Source: a virus (lineage: Duplodnaviria; Caudoviricetes). From it: a DNA stretch of 43,145 nt. The notes under the pieces were generated by a model. It was not told the origin of the DNA, did not search any database, and was given only the letters and a program-made list of their open reading frames with translations. This document shows positions 19,482-30,201 of the stretch, in pieces. The stretch's first letter is position 1, and each line of letters opens with the position of its first letter. The position numbers were made by a program, and so were the translations under genes. The DNA lies in IMG/VR virus record IMGVR_UViG_3300021124_000007, positions 1-43,145 of that record; one strand, 5' to 3'.

Positions 19482-20625
19482 TTTTAAGATTGCAGTTATA
19501 GGATTAGGAAAATTAGGTTTGCCATGTGCAACCGTTATGAGTAAACATTATGAAGTGGTAGGCTATGATATTGGTCCAGTTACTGCAGATTTTCCACTGA
19601 AAGCAACTATTAATAGCTGCATTGAAGGCAGTGATGTAATCTTTGTTGCTGTTCCTACTCCCCATGAGAAGGAATATGGCGGCGAGACTCCAACGAGTCA
19701 TTTGTCAGTTAAAGATTTTGATTATAGCATCGTAAAAGATGTGTTAACTAAAATTGCGCAATACAAAACGCCACAGCAACAAGTTGTGTTAATCTCAACA
19801 GTATTGCCAGGCACCACTCGTCGTGAACTTGCGCCTATCATTGAGGACATCATCTATAACCCATATCTAATTGCAGTTGGAACAGTTGCGGCAGATTTTA
19901 TTGATCCTGAAATGATTATTATTGGACACAATGACAATCCAAATGTAGAAAAGTTATATGAAATTTATAATACTTGCTGCGTTCCGAATAGCCGTTATGA
20001 AATGGGAACGTGGGAAGATGCCGAATCAATCAAGATATTCTATAATACTTTTGCAAGCACAAAACTAGCACTTGTAAACACAATCTATGATATATCGCAA
20101 CGCATTGGTAATATGAATGTTGATAATATTACAAGTGCACTTGCAGATTGCACTCGTCGTATTATGGGTCACAAATATATGACCGCTGGATTAGGCGATG
20201 GTGGCGCTTGTCATCCTCGTGATAATATTGCACTGCGTTGGTTGGCTAGTGAATTAAATCTTGGTTATGATATCTTTGGAAATATCATGCAAATACGAGA
20301 AGCACAAGCAAAGAATATGGCACAAATGTTGTGTAACTACAATCTTCCCGTTGTTATTCTTGGACAAAGCTATAAACAAAATGTGCCTAACCGTGATGGC
20401 AGCTATGCGTTGCTTGTTGGACATTATATAGAAGAGTTGGGTGGCGAGTTATTTTACCATGATCCACTCAATAACATAAGTTATATGGGCAACGAACCCG
20501 TTGTTTATCTAATTTCATATCATCATGATTGGACTAGAAGTTATGAGTATATTTCAAACAGTGTTATTGTTGACCCATGGCGCACTGGTTTAGATATCTC
20601 AAACTGCCAAGTAATTAATTTGTAA
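19474..20625 (+). CDS. ugd: UDP-glucose/GDP-mannose 6-dehydrogenase
   Basis: GLGKLG Rossmann motif, AVPTP, STVLPGT, GGACHPRD catalytic Cys. Confidence 0.9.
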   Translation: MNNFKIAVIGLGKLGLPCATVMSKHYEVVGYDIGPVTADFPLKATINSCIEGSDVIFVAVPTPHEKEYGGETPTSHLSVKDFDYSIVKDVLTKIAQYKTPQQQVVLISTVLPGTTRRELAPIIEDIIYNPYLIAVGTVAADFIDPEMIIIGHNDNPNVEKLYEIYNTCCVPNSRYEMGTWEDAESIKIFYNTFASTKLALVNTIYDISQRIGNMNVDNITSALADCTRRIMGHKYMTAGLGDGGACHPRDNIALRWLASELNLGYDIFGNIMQIREAQAKNMAQMLCNYNLPVVILGQSYKQNVPNRDGSYALLVGHYIEELGGELFYHDPLNNISYMGNEPVVYLISYHHDWTRSYEYISNSVIVDPWRTGLDISNCQVINL

Positions 20626-20662
20626 AAGTTCTTGACATTCTTTAATTTCTACTGCATACTAA

Positions 20663-20917
20663 TTGCAAAGATTGGAAATCAAGATGGTCAGAAAAAGCAG
20701 TGAAATAATTGAAGATTTTATTAACTCGCTAGAGAAACTTATTGATACTCTAGATGATGAATGGCATCATAATGATGAAGGTGAGTGGCGACAGGCGGAT
20801 AATATTCGCCAAAACATTTTGCCAGGCGTTAAAGAAAACTTTAAGGAACACCTTGATGAATATATTGATCGCAGAATACAAACTTACTTAAAGAAAGTGA
20901 AAATCAATGTCAAGTGA
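20663..20917 (+). CDS. hypothetical protein
   Basis: 84-aa ORF after promoter at 20632. Confidence 0.6.
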   Translation: MQRLEIKMVRKSSEIIEDFINSLEKLIDTLDDEWHHNDEGEWRQADNIRQNILPGVKENFKEHLDEYIDRRIQTYLKKVKINVK

Positions 20918-21395
20918 AGAAACGCAAAAACTAATCGAATACAAAATATCAACTCGCTATAAGAAGAGTGTTACAGAGATTGAATTTTTTAGAAAAGATG
21001 ACAAGACCATCACCTATAGCACAGGTTGGCGTTGGGGATATGTCACTCTACTTGTTCCAGAAGGCGTTGATTTAGCTGCTGAACTTGATGCAGAAAACAA
21101 CGACGAAGTTGAGATTGACGAACTTGGTTATGATATCCGTGACCGTGATTTAGATGATGGTTGTTGGGATGAGTGGGATTACGGCGATCTCGATGATGAA
21201 GCAATTGCCGCTATCGATGAAGCTGTTGAAGAAGATGGCAGTGCATATGGTGCGTTAGTTGATGTTCTAGGATGGGATGCGGTTGATAGCACCTTAGTAT
21301 TCAGTGGTCCGCTAGACATTGAAAACATGGGCGAATATGTTCCACATGTTTATGAAGAAAACGATGAAGAGGAAGAAGACGATGTACAAGATTGA
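20907..21395 (+). CDS. acidic hypothetical protein
   Basis: 162 aa, D/E-rich, TGWRWG motif. Confidence 0.7.
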   Translation: MSSEETQKLIEYKISTRYKKSVTEIEFFRKDDKTITYSTGWRWGYVTLLVPEGVDLAAELDAENNDEVEIDELGYDIRDRDLDDGCWDEWDYGDLDDEAIAAIDEAVEEDGSAYGALVDVLGWDAVDSTLVFSGPLDIENMGEYVPHVYEENDEEEEDDVQD

Positions 21396-21627
21396 AATTA
21401 GTGACGAAACAGCAGAAAGCATGTTCCGTGATATTCTTGTTGAAGACTATCGCCGTATTCGTAGCGATATCTATGATTTGACTAATCGTGCAGTTGAAAA
21501 TGGCGAATTGAAATCTTTTGAACAAGAAGACCTTGAAAACAACAAAGAGTATTTTGAAGCCATGAAGGTTATGCTTGGTTATTATCTGCCATTCAGTGAT
21601 GCAGAAGCAATTATTGGTGAAGCATGA
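21382..21627 (+). CDS. hypothetical protein
   Basis: MYKIEISDE..., overlapping operon. Confidence 0.65.
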   Translation: MYKIEISDETAESMFRDILVEDYRRIRSDIYDLTNRAVENGELKSFEQEDLENNKEYFEAMKVMLGYYLPFSDAEAIIGEA

Positions 21628-21884
21628 AGATTGTTGAAAAACTTCGTGATATAGCAGAAGAGTGTGAGCGAGGTGAACGTTCACCAGTGAGCGGCATTTC
21701 TACTTGGCCAAAGGAAACTACGGTTGAGTGGAAAGCTGCCAACATCATTGAAAGAGCAATGCGAGAACTCACTATTATAAGTGAAATGAATGAAGTAGTG
21801 CCAGCCGAAGCAATTCGTTATACTGCTAAAACAATGATTGCACAACTTATGGAGTTGATTGATGACGCAGACTTGGACAGTTGA
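21624..21884 (+). CDS. hypothetical protein
   Basis: 86 aa, ATGA overlap. Confidence 0.65.
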   Translation: MKIVEKLRDIAEECERGERSPVSGISTWPKETTVEWKAANIIERAMRELTIISEMNEVVPAEAIRYTAKTMIAQLMELIDDADLDS

Positions 21885-22053
21885 ATTAGTTGAAGACCCT
21901 GAAACCAAAGAACTGCTTCTTACATTTCCAGAAGATGTAATTAAAGAACTGGAATGGGAAGAAGGCACACTGCTATGCTGGTCTATTACAACCGATAATA
22001 AACTTATGCTTAAAAAAGCAAGTGACGAAGATGGTGAGGAATATCCACTATGA
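21859..22053 (+). CDS. AbrB/MazE-like small DNA-binding protein
   Basis: LLLTFPEDVIKELEWEEGTLLCW swapped-hairpin pattern. Confidence 0.6.
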   Translation: MMTQTWTVELVEDPETKELLLTFPEDVIKELEWEEGTLLCWSITTDNKLMLKKASDEDGEEYPL

Positions 22054-22235
22054 AATATGCAGCAATTATCGCCACTATGCTATTATGTGGTTGTATGAAG
22101 ACTGTTGAATATGAATTACCACGCAGTCCCCTGCCAGCAGAACGCAAACCACTTACTGTTCCGCATCGTGATTGGATTGAAAGTGGTTGCTACCCAAAGA
22201 TTGTAAACGGTAAAGAAACGAAAGTATGTAAATGA
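22050..22235 (+). CDS. small lipoprotein
   Basis: Lipobox-like LLCGC after a short signal peptide. Confidence 0.55.
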   Translation: MKYAAIIATMLLCGCMKTVEYELPRSPLPAERKPLTVPHRDWIESGCYPKIVNGKETKVCK

Positions 22236-23059
22236 AGATAGCCGTTCATAGTGATTTTCATATGGAGTTTAGAAAAGAACTCCCACCTATCAAGAACACA
22301 GGCAGTGATGTCCTTGTTCTTGCTGGTGATATTTGTTTAGCCCATCATCTGTATCGCCATCCTCGTGGTATTGTCCGTAATAACGCTGAAAATGGTCACA
22401 AGGCTGCACTATATCGTGAGTTCTTACAGTATTGCAGCGATAATTGGGAAAAAGTTATTATGGTTGCGGGAAATCACGAGTTTTATAGTGGTGATTGGGA
22501 AAAAGTTACTGACATTATGCGTGAAGAAACGCAGCACTATCCAAATATCTCATTCTGTGATCAGGATCGTGTTGATTTAGGCGATGTAACATTTCTTGGA
22601 GCAAGTCTCTGGACTGATTTTAATAATGGTGATCCTCTTACTATGATGTCAGTAAAGGATTTAATGAGTGATTATCATGCCATTACTGAAAATCCAAAGG
22701 AAGGAATATATCATAAGTTGCGTCCAGTCACCACTTTTGCCAAACATAACAGTGACTTGGATTGGTTGCGCACTCAACTATCTTTGCTAAAAGACCGCAA
22801 GGTGGTGGTGGTTACACATCATCAGCCAAGTTTCCGCAGTGTGCATGAAAGGTTCAAAACGCAAACTATTATGAACGGAGCGTTTTGTAGTAACCTTGAT
22901 GATTTTATTATGGACAATCCGCAGATAAAACTGTGGTGTTCAGGTCATGTTCATAATACTTGGGATTATATGATTGGTGAAACCAGACTTATAACCAACC
23001 CATTTGGATATCCAAGTGAGCATACAGGTTGGGATGCTAGTTTAGTGGTAGAAGTTTAA
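22232..23059 (+). CDS. calcineurin-like metallophosphoesterase
   Basis: SDFH, LAGD, GNHE, THH, GHVH motifs. Confidence 0.9.
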   Translation: MKIAVHSDFHMEFRKELPPIKNTGSDVLVLAGDICLAHHLYRHPRGIVRNNAENGHKAALYREFLQYCSDNWEKVIMVAGNHEFYSGDWEKVTDIMREETQHYPNISFCDQDRVDLGDVTFLGASLWTDFNNGDPLTMMSVKDLMSDYHAITENPKEGIYHKLRPVTTFAKHNSDLDWLRTQLSLLKDRKVVVVTHHQPSFRSVHERFKTQTIMNGAFCSNLDDFIMDNPQIKLWCSGHVHNTWDYMIGETRLITNPFGYPSEHTGWDASLVVEV

Positions 23060-23328
23060 TCTTCTACCTCTGCCACATAATATCCGCAACCCTCATGTTT
23101 ATCAAATGCCATTAGTGACCCTACTTCGGGATAACGGCGGCAACCATCTGGTCTGGTTTCATAAATTGTGCAAGATAAATTTACTTGGTCAAAGTATTCA
23201 CACCAAGATTCTGTATAATTAACTGCATCAGTATAATTTCTAAATTTGCAGCAATTACCGCCACATGCTTTTGGTGTGCAACTACCTTTAATAACAAGAT
23301 TATGCCACTTGCTCTGTATCATGTCCAA
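23056..23328 (-). CDS. YkgJ-type cysteine-cluster (Zn/Fe-chelating) protein
   Basis: C..CGGNCC, CTIYETRPDGCRRYP. Confidence 0.75.
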   Translation of the reverse strand: MDMIQSKWHNLVIKGSCTPKACGGNCCKFRNYTDAVNYTESWCEYFDQVNLSCTIYETRPDGCRRYPEVGSLMAFDKHEGCGYYVAEVED

Positions 23329-26300
23329 GCAAAATAATTTATAGTAGTTGCGGCTGGTGTAATGCCAGCACCACTAAAATTATGAAATTGTATGCTTAAA
23401 GTATTCAACGAACTTGCGTATGCTGCGCCAATGATAACACCATAGGATTGGTCTGCTGATGGAATAACAACAACTCTATGACTTGTGGTTAAACCAGTAA
23501 GCGTGAATGTTTGTGTGCTTGTGCTATTTTTTAAAATAGCACCTGGCGTAATTGATAATTGACCTGCAAGAATATTGCTCGCAGCAACAAGGTTATTTGC
23601 TTTGGAAGCAGTTCCACTTAAATTACCTACAAAGTTGCCACTAGTTGAAGCATTACCAACTGTCAAGTTTCCACTAACTGTGCTGTTGCCAGTAACAGAA
23701 AGTGTATTAACAACTTCTGTGTTTGTAACAGTTAAGTTGCCAGCACGAATATTACCACTATATGTTGTTAAGTATGCAGCAGTTACTGTATTGGCATTAG
23801 TTCCAAGACTGCTAATAGCACTATTAGCAGCAGCAACATTGTTATTGATAGTGGTAATATTATTAGTATTAGTTGTAATAGCACTATTGGCAGCAGTGAT
23901 ATTTGCCTGATTAGAAGTAATAGCACTATTTGCTGCTGTAATGTTTGCTTGATTAGAAGTAATAGCACTATTTGCTGCTGTAATGTTTGCTTGATTACTT
24001 GTAATTGCGCTATTAGCAGCCGTCACATTGGCATTAACAGTTGTGATTAGATTTGCTTGTGTTGCCGCATTTGAAGTAAGTGTAGAAATTGCACTATTTG
24101 CCGCAACAATGTTTGCATTAATAGTTGTAATGTTATTTGTATTAGTTGTAATTGCGCTATTAGCAGCAGTTACATTTGCGTTGATTGAACTAATTGCACT
24201 ATTAGCAGCCACAACATTAGCATTTGTTGAAGCAATTGCGCTATTAGCAGCAGCCACATTAGCATTAAGTGAAGCAAATGCCTGGTTGTTTGCAAGACCG
24301 CTCATTAGGCTTGCATTACCAAAATGATAGTTTGCTGAAATATTACCAGTAAGCGCAATACCAGTTCCATTAACATAGGTTAGGGAGGTATTGCCATTTA
24401 TTTGTAACTTGCTTGTGCCGTCATCAACCGCACCAAGTAACCAACGACCAGCATATATTCTGCCTGCTTCATTGGCTGCAAGTGTGCCACCAGTATGGAA
24501 TACAACTGCCTTTTGTGTAGTCTGTGTTCCAATGGTTAGATTACCACCATTTGTATAAACATAACCATCAAGTGGATATTGTAGCGTAAAACCAGGATCA
24601 GCATAGCCGCTGCTATTGATACCCATATCAATAAAGTTTGTAGATGCACTGCCAACATCCGCAGCAGCAATATAATCGGTGCTTGCTGCACTCAAGTTAG
24701 AGATATTCTGCGTAACAGTCTGTGCATATGAGTTGGCGTTGCTTGTAAATTGTGCAATTGTGTTAAAGTCGGTAATTGGTTGAATACCAACACTTAATTC
24801 GCTAGTTACATATGCATTGCCAGCATACATATTTTGCCATACACGATTGGCATTACCAAGTGATTGTGCAAGCGTAGTAAGCGGAATCATATCTATACTG
24901 CTAATCCACGCCTTTTGTGAATCGCTATACAGTATCTCTGCATAGTTTGCATTGGCAACAACAAGACCAGCGCCATCTGCTGCAAAACTTGAAGCCGCAT
25001 TATTAGCAACAGTAATGGTTAGACCACTTGTAGTTTGTGTGGTGCTGCTTGTGCTTGTAGTAGTTCCCTTAACATTCAAGTTACCATAAATTGTAAGATT
25101 GCCAGCAATAGCACTATTTGCAGTTGCAGCAGTAGTATTGATAGTATAAGCACTAATATTGCCAACTGCCACATTACCAAAATTGTCACGAGAGACAATT
25201 GTAGATGGTTGGTTGCTTGGCGTAGCATCGGATGTTAGGTTAAGAACACGAGTAGCACCACTATAACCTAAACTACCTGTAATGTGACCGCTATTGTTTA
25301 TCTGACCAATAGCAGCAGTGGTTTGCACCGAACCATCATTAAATGCAATATTAGCAGTTCCACTTAGCGTAATTTGGTTATTGATAGACATTGGTCCATT
25401 TTGTGTGCGAGTGCCATAATCGGTAACATTACCATAGCGGAAAGTATCACCAATAACATAAAAAGCACCAGTCTGTGTAGTAGTTCCAGTAAAATTAGTT
25501 GTTCCGAAACTTGCAGCAGCACCAGTGGTGTTAATATTTCCTACAACATAAACATTGCCATTTAGCGTAGATGTTCCATTTGATGTAAAGGCACCAATTA
25601 GATTAGTAGTGCCGCTGGCAATAATATTACCAGTCATTAGCGTGGTGCCTTGATTGATACTGTTGCCTACTACATAAGAGTTACCTTGCGTGGTAATATT
25701 GCCTTGAATATTAAGGTTGGCTTGAAAGAATGAACTTGCAGTAACAGTAATTGGACCAGTGAAACTTGTATTACCAGTATGCACAACATTACCCGTAAAG
25801 GCAGTTGTTCCAACACTTATACTATTACCAGTTTGTGTGATATTTCCTGTTTGAAGAATATCACCGTAAAAATATGATGGACCAAGATTAACTGCTGTGC
25901 CAATAATATTAACATTCGTTAAATTAACATTGCCACCATCAAAAGATGCGGTTTGCGTTAGTGTAGTAGTTCCAATCGGTGTAGTCCAGATTGAAATATT
26001 ACTGCCAGCATTTGATGGAGTTTGTGCTTCTGTGGTGGTCATACGAATATGAGCAATGCCACCAACAGGTGCTAACACACCATTATAAGCAGTGCCGCCA
26101 TAACGAACCATATCTTCGCCAGCACCTACCGCATACGGCGTATCTACGGTATTATCATATCTGCGACCAGCATATAGAGCATAGTTACCAAAGGCATCAT
26201 TATATACCTTTGATGATAGTGTTCCTTGACCAGTGATATGCAGCATAACACCAGTTGAAGTTGGATTAATGATTGTGCCACTTGCGCTACCAATAATATC

Positions 26301-26678
26301 AATGCCACTATCGGTGCTGTTTTGAACTGGTGTATAAAGATTAAGTGTGCCGTTTTGTAGCGTTTGAATAATAGGTTGATTAGAAGTGTTTGTAACTACG
26401 AACTCACCAAGAATATTAACAGTTCCCGTGCCAGTAGTATCAATATTGATATTAGCATTGGGAGTAATAGTGGATATAGTAGTATTAGATATAGAAAGAT
26501 TACCAACATTGGCACTGTTTGTAGCAACATAAACTGGAATACCACCGACAGTATGACCATCAGTTAAGCGCAATTCACCTGTGCTTGTGTTATAGAATAA
26601 TTGGCCAGCCTCGCCAACAAAGCCAGTAAATCCAACGGTATTAACACGACCTGCCTTAATTTTGGCTAACTGGCTCAT
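23319..26678 (-). CDS. tail fibre / long virion fibre protein
   Basis: 1119 aa, G/N/T/S-rich beta repeats, N-terminal GEAGQLFYN..LRLTDG.T.GG module, coiled-coil repeat block. Confidence 0.8.
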   Translation of the reverse strand: MSQLAKIKAGRVNTVGFTGFVGEAGQLFYNTSTGELRLTDGHTVGGIPVYVATNSANVGNLSISNTTISTITPNANINIDTTGTGTVNILGEFVVTNTSNQPIIQTLQNGTLNLYTPVQNSTDSGIDIIGSASGTIINPTSTGVMLHITGQGTLSSKVYNDAFGNYALYAGRRYDNTVDTPYAVGAGEDMVRYGGTAYNGVLAPVGGIAHIRMTTTEAQTPSNAGSNISIWTTPIGTTTLTQTASFDGGNVNLTNVNIIGTAVNLGPSYFYGDILQTGNITQTGNSISVGTTAFTGNVVHTGNTSFTGPITVTASSFFQANLNIQGNITTQGNSYVVGNSINQGTTLMTGNIIASGTTNLIGAFTSNGTSTLNGNVYVVGNINTTGAAASFGTTNFTGTTTQTGAFYVIGDTFRYGNVTDYGTRTQNGPMSINNQITLSGTANIAFNDGSVQTTAAIGQINNSGHITGSLGYSGATRVLNLTSDATPSNQPSTIVSRDNFGNVAVGNISAYTINTTAATANSAIAGNLTIYGNLNVKGTTTSTSSTTQTTSGLTITVANNAASSFAADGAGLVVANANYAEILYSDSQKAWISSIDMIPLTTLAQSLGNANRVWQNMYAGNAYVTSELSVGIQPITDFNTIAQFTSNANSYAQTVTQNISNLSAASTDYIAAADVGSASTNFIDMGINSSGYADPGFTLQYPLDGYVYTNGGNLTIGTQTTQKAVVFHTGGTLAANEAGRIYAGRWLLGAVDDGTSKLQINGNTSLTYVNGTGIALTGNISANYHFGNASLMSGLANNQAFASLNANVAAANSAIASTNANVVAANSAISSINANVTAANSAITTNTNNITTINANIVAANSAISTLTSNAATQANLITTVNANVTAANSAITSNQANITAANSAITSNQANITAANSAITSNQANITAANSAITTNTNNITTINNNVAAANSAISSLGTNANTVTAAYLTTYSGNIRAGNLTVTNTEVVNTLSVTGNSTVSGNLTVGNASTSGNFVGNLSGTASKANNLVAASNILAGQLSITPGAILKNSTSTQTFTLTGLTTSHRVVVIPSADQSYGVIIGAAYASSLNTLSIQFHNFSGAGITPAATTINYFAWT
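23810..24270 (-). repeat. coding tandem repeats, 42-bp/14-aa unit (NQANITAANSAITS)
   Basis: Three near-identical 42-bp units around 23875-24000, flanked by degenerate AANSAI copies. Confidence 0.85.
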
Positions 26679-26685
26679 TTAATTT

Positions 26686-27021
26686 TTAACTCTCTATTTC
26701 TTCATCGCTCGCAATATGTGCTACGATAGGATGTATGCCAGCATTACGCTTGATAATTGATAGTTCATCTTCTGGTTCGGCATTAGCGCCATCAAAAGCT
26801 GAATCAACACCAGCAACTTTCTTTAACAGTTCAATCTTTTGCTGTAATGGTGGAACCATGATACCGCCAGTTTCATCACTGGTATGTTCATCTTCTGGAA
26901 ATGGATTTTCTGGTGCTTTAACAGCTACAAGCTGAGCATGATTTGGCTGTTGCTGCGAAGATGGCTCGTTAATTTGTGTTAAAACATCTATTAGTTTGCG
27001 GATAAGTTCTGCGGCTTCCAT
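26686..27021 (-). CDS. hypothetical protein
   Basis: 111 aa, MVPPLQQKIELLKK motif; CTAAATA late-type site upstream. Confidence 0.7.
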   Translation of the reverse strand: MEAAELIRKLIDVLTQINEPSSQQQPNHAQLVAVKAPENPFPEDEHTSDETGGIMVPPLQQKIELLKKVAGVDSAFDGANAEPEDELSIIKRNAGIHPIVAHIASDEEIES

Positions 27022-27048
27022 AGGTAAATCCTGTTTAATATATTTAGT

Positions 27049-27342
27049 TTAACTACGATAAACCGTATATGGATTTCCTAGACCGCCAGTAAAAACATTG
27101 CCACCACTGTATGTAATTACATAATTTGCACCACTGGTTGAAACACCAGTAATAATTCCAGTTCCACCAGCAACGGTAATCTTCATACCATTGGTTGGCA
27201 TACCTGTTTTGAAATCGGTTTTCTTTACAGTAGCACTTCGCAAGCTACTGCCATTGGCAACAGCAATAACGCCATTGGTTTGAGCAGTAGTTGTTGAACT
27301 GGTGTTATGTGGGCGCAACAAGCCTTTATGTAAACCAGGCAT
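27049..27342 (-). CDS. hypothetical (probably virion) protein
   Basis: 97 aa, G/T-rich. Confidence 0.6.
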   Translation of the reverse strand: MPGLHKGLLRPHNTSSTTTAQTNGVIAVANGSSLRSATVKKTDFKTGMPTNGMKITVAGGTGIITGVSTSGANYVITYSGGNVFTGGLGNPYTVYRS

Positions 27343-27641
27343 TACTGGCTCTTTAATTCAAGAACGTTGCAAAGACCGCTTGTAGTACTTTGAATTGCAG
27401 CTACTTTATCGCCACCATTGACAGCGATAAATTCTACACCACCACCTACGATTAGCATACAATTTCCAGTATTGTAAGCAGTAGGATTGGCACCCCAAGC
27501 AATATAGGTGTCTGCATTTGTTGTAACACGTAGAATACTTGCTACACTACTGAAAGCTGCTGTTGCATTACTGCTGCTACCTGTGGTGATTGTTTGTGCA
27601 TTTGCTACTGCATACGCACCTTTTCTTAAAAGAACTGACAT
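27342..27641 (-). CDS. hypothetical (probably virion) protein
   Basis: 99 aa, beta-rich; GATAAATA upstream. Confidence 0.6.
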   Translation of the reverse strand: MSVLLRKGAYAVANAQTITTGSSSNATAAFSSVASILRVTTNADTYIAWGANPTAYNTGNCMLIVGGGVEFIAVNGGDKVAAIQSTTSGLCNVLELKSQ

Positions 27642-27729
27642 TTATGATTCCCCGAATCTATGCAAATATTTATCTTGACTTACCCTTAGTTGATTGTTAT
27701 AATTAATCTAAACTATTATAGGGAAAATT

Positions 27730-28539
27730 ATGATTATCAGTAAACCATTTTTGAAGTGGGCAGGGAATAAGAACAAACTTGTGCCTATCATTAGTCCACT
27801 ACTTGGCAAGGGTAACCGATTGGTCGAACCTTTTACTGGCAGTGGTGCTGTATTCATGGCTACTGATTTTCCAAAATATCTGCTATGTGATATTAATGCA
27901 GACCTTATTGGATTGTTTAACAACTTAAAATATAATCCTACAGCAGTTATTACTGAGATCACCCATTTGTTTGATGGCACGAACAATAACGAAACCAAGT
28001 ATTATGAATTGCGCACCGAATTTAACTCGCTTCAACCAACTGATATTCGCAAAAGTGCGCTATTTGTATACCTAAATCGTCATGCTTTCAATGGACTATG
28101 CCGTTATAATAGTAAAGGCGGCTTTAATGTGCCATTTGGAAAGTATAAAACAGTATATTTTCCCATTGATGAACTACAAGCATTTGCACAAAAATCGGTT
28201 TTGGCAGAGTTTCATGTTATGGACTTTAATGCGTGTCTAGATTTAGTAACCGATGGCGATGTTGTATACTGTGACCCACCATATGTGCCACTTACCCCCA
28301 CTGCAAACTTTACCGCATATACTGCAGATGGATTTGGTATGGACAAACAACAGCAACTTGCTGATGCTGCAAATCGCTTGACAAGTAAAAATATTTCCGT
28401 TATTATTAGTAACCACGACACGAGCGTAAGTCGTGCGCTATATGCAAATGCAAGTATTACTACTATTGATGTTCGCAGAAGCATTTCAAGCAATAGTGCC
28501 ACTCGTGGAATGGCTAAAGAATTAATTGCAGTTTTCTAA
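27730..28539 (+). CDS. dam: Dam-family DNA adenine methyltransferase
   Basis: FLKWAGNK, EPFTGSG, FNGLCRYNSKGGFNVPFG, DPPY. Confidence 0.92.
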   Translation: MIISKPFLKWAGNKNKLVPIISPLLGKGNRLVEPFTGSGAVFMATDFPKYLLCDINADLIGLFNNLKYNPTAVITEITHLFDGTNNNETKYYELRTEFNSLQPTDIRKSALFVYLNRHAFNGLCRYNSKGGFNVPFGKYKTVYFPIDELQAFAQKSVLAEFHVMDFNACLDLVTDGDVVYCDPPYVPLTPTANFTAYTADGFGMDKQQQLADAANRLTSKNISVIISNHDTSVSRALYANASITTIDVRRSISSNSATRGMAKELIAVF

Positions 28540-28551
28540 CGGAGAAAATAA

Positions 28552-29088
28552 ATGAAAGTTGGTGGAGTAGGTGGCGGTAATACTGTAAGTGGTGCTGCAT
28601 TTGAAAAACAAACTGACCTTAAAAACGTGCTCGAAAACATTGATGGTATTTCAGTAGAAATAACTGACCACAAAAATGTATTTTCAGTAACACGTGGTGG
28701 CAAGGTTGTTGGTCAACTTATGCAAAAATATGCTCTTTATAAATTTCTAGAAAGTAAAGGCATTGATTACAAGACCATCCTGAGCAAGCGTTTGTTACCA
28801 GATGAATGTTATTATAGTTTTGAAACCTCAACACTTTATATTGGTGAAAAGAAATATCAAAACGGCAACGGCAGTGTTGATGAGAAATTACAAACTTGTG
28901 ATTTTAAGAAGCGCCAATATAAACGACTCGTTGAGTCCATGGATAACGTAAGCGTAGAATATTTTTATGTGCTAAATGATTTCTTTGATGATCCTGCATA
29001 TCGTGATGTGCTATCTTATATCAAAGAAGTTGGTTGCCACTACTACTTTAATGAAATACCACTTGACCTTTTAGGATTTAATCAATGA
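28552..29088 (+). CDS. PD-(D/E)XK restriction-endonuclease-like protein
   Basis: LLPDE...EKKYQ...GSVDEKLQT motif; lies between two methyltransferases. Confidence 0.65.
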   Translation: MKVGGVGGGNTVSGAAFEKQTDLKNVLENIDGISVEITDHKNVFSVTRGGKVVGQLMQKYALYKFLESKGIDYKTILSKRLLPDECYYSFETSTLYIGEKKYQNGNGSVDEKLQTCDFKKRQYKRLVESMDNVSVEYFYVLNDFFDDPAYRDVLSYIKEVGCHYYFNEIPLDLLGFNQ

Positions 29089-30167
29089 CAGTTCAAATTC
29101 TCAACGGCGATTGCCGTGATGTTCTACAAACACTGCCAGAAGGCAGCATCAATATGTGTGTAACTTCGCCACCCTACTATGGGTTGCGAGATTATGGAAC
29201 TGCTACGTGGACGGGCGGTGATCCACAGTGCGACCACGTTGAAAAGATTGCCGCACATGGCGGCGAACGTGCTGACCGTGATCAAAGCGGCAATATCTTT
29301 AAGTTTCGTGGAACCTGTGGTAAATGTGGTGCAACAAGCAGCGACAATCAAATTGGCTTAGAAGAAACGCCAGAGGAATATATCGCGCAACTTGTTGAAG
29401 TGTTTCGTGAAGTTCGCAGAACATTGCGTGATGATGGAACACTATGGGTTAATATTGGTGATTCCTATTACAATTATCGCAGTGGTACCGCATTTGTAAA
29501 GCAGAGTGTTGCCAAGACAAATCAAGATTTGCCTACGCATAGCCCAAGTCGTAATAATAAATTAGCAGGATTAAAAAGCAAAGACCTAATTGGTATTCCA
29601 TGGATGTTGGCATTTGCACTTCGTGCTGATGGTTGGTACCTGCGACAGGATATTATTTGGCATAAACCAAATCCTATGCCAGAGTCGGTAAAAGATCGGT
29701 GCACTAAAGCACATGAATATATTTTCTTGTTAAGCAAGAGTAAGAACTATTACTTTGATCATGTAGCAATCAAAGAACCTACTGTTAAAAGCGGCGGAGC
29801 ACCAAGACAGTTTGGTGCAACAGAACAAGAAGGCACAGGACGTGGTGACATTGGCAATACATTTGTAGATGATGGCACCAGGCAAAAACGCAGTGTATGG
29901 ACAGTGAATACTAAACCATATAAGGAAGCGCATTTTGCAACATTCCCGACAGAATTGATTGAACCTTGCATTTTGGCAGGTTGTCCGAAAGATGGCATGG
30001 TTTTAGACCCATTTGGTGGTAGTGGCACAACAGGTTATATGGCAGATAAGCTAGGGCGCAATGCTACGCTTATTGAACTTAATCCGCAATATATTGAAAT
30101 TGCTGAAAATCGCATTGATCCACCACAAAGTCGTCTTGATCCTAACCTATTTGAGATTGTTTCCTAA
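29085..30167 (+). CDS. N4-C/N6-A DNA methyltransferase (beta class)
   Basis: TSPPY, HFATFP, VLDPFGGSGTT. Confidence 0.9.
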   Translation: MTVQILNGDCRDVLQTLPEGSINMCVTSPPYYGLRDYGTATWTGGDPQCDHVEKIAAHGGERADRDQSGNIFKFRGTCGKCGATSSDNQIGLEETPEEYIAQLVEVFREVRRTLRDDGTLWVNIGDSYYNYRSGTAFVKQSVAKTNQDLPTHSPSRNNKLAGLKSKDLIGIPWMLAFALRADGWYLRQDIIWHKPNPMPESVKDRCTKAHEYIFLLSKSKNYYFDHVAIKEPTVKSGGAPRQFGATEQEGTGRGDIGNTFVDDGTRQKRSVWTVNTKPYKEAHFATFPTELIEPCILAGCPKDGMVLDPFGGSGTTGYMADKLGRNATLIELNPQYIEIAENRIDPPQSRLDPNLFEIVS

Positions 30168-30201
30168 ATAGGTTTAATACCAACCACATGGAGCAAAACC
30201 A

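Noticed and set aside
23810-24270. CRISPR array or DGR repeats
   Set aside because: The repeats are in-frame coding coiled-coil units without spacers; no cas or reverse transcriptase gene is present.
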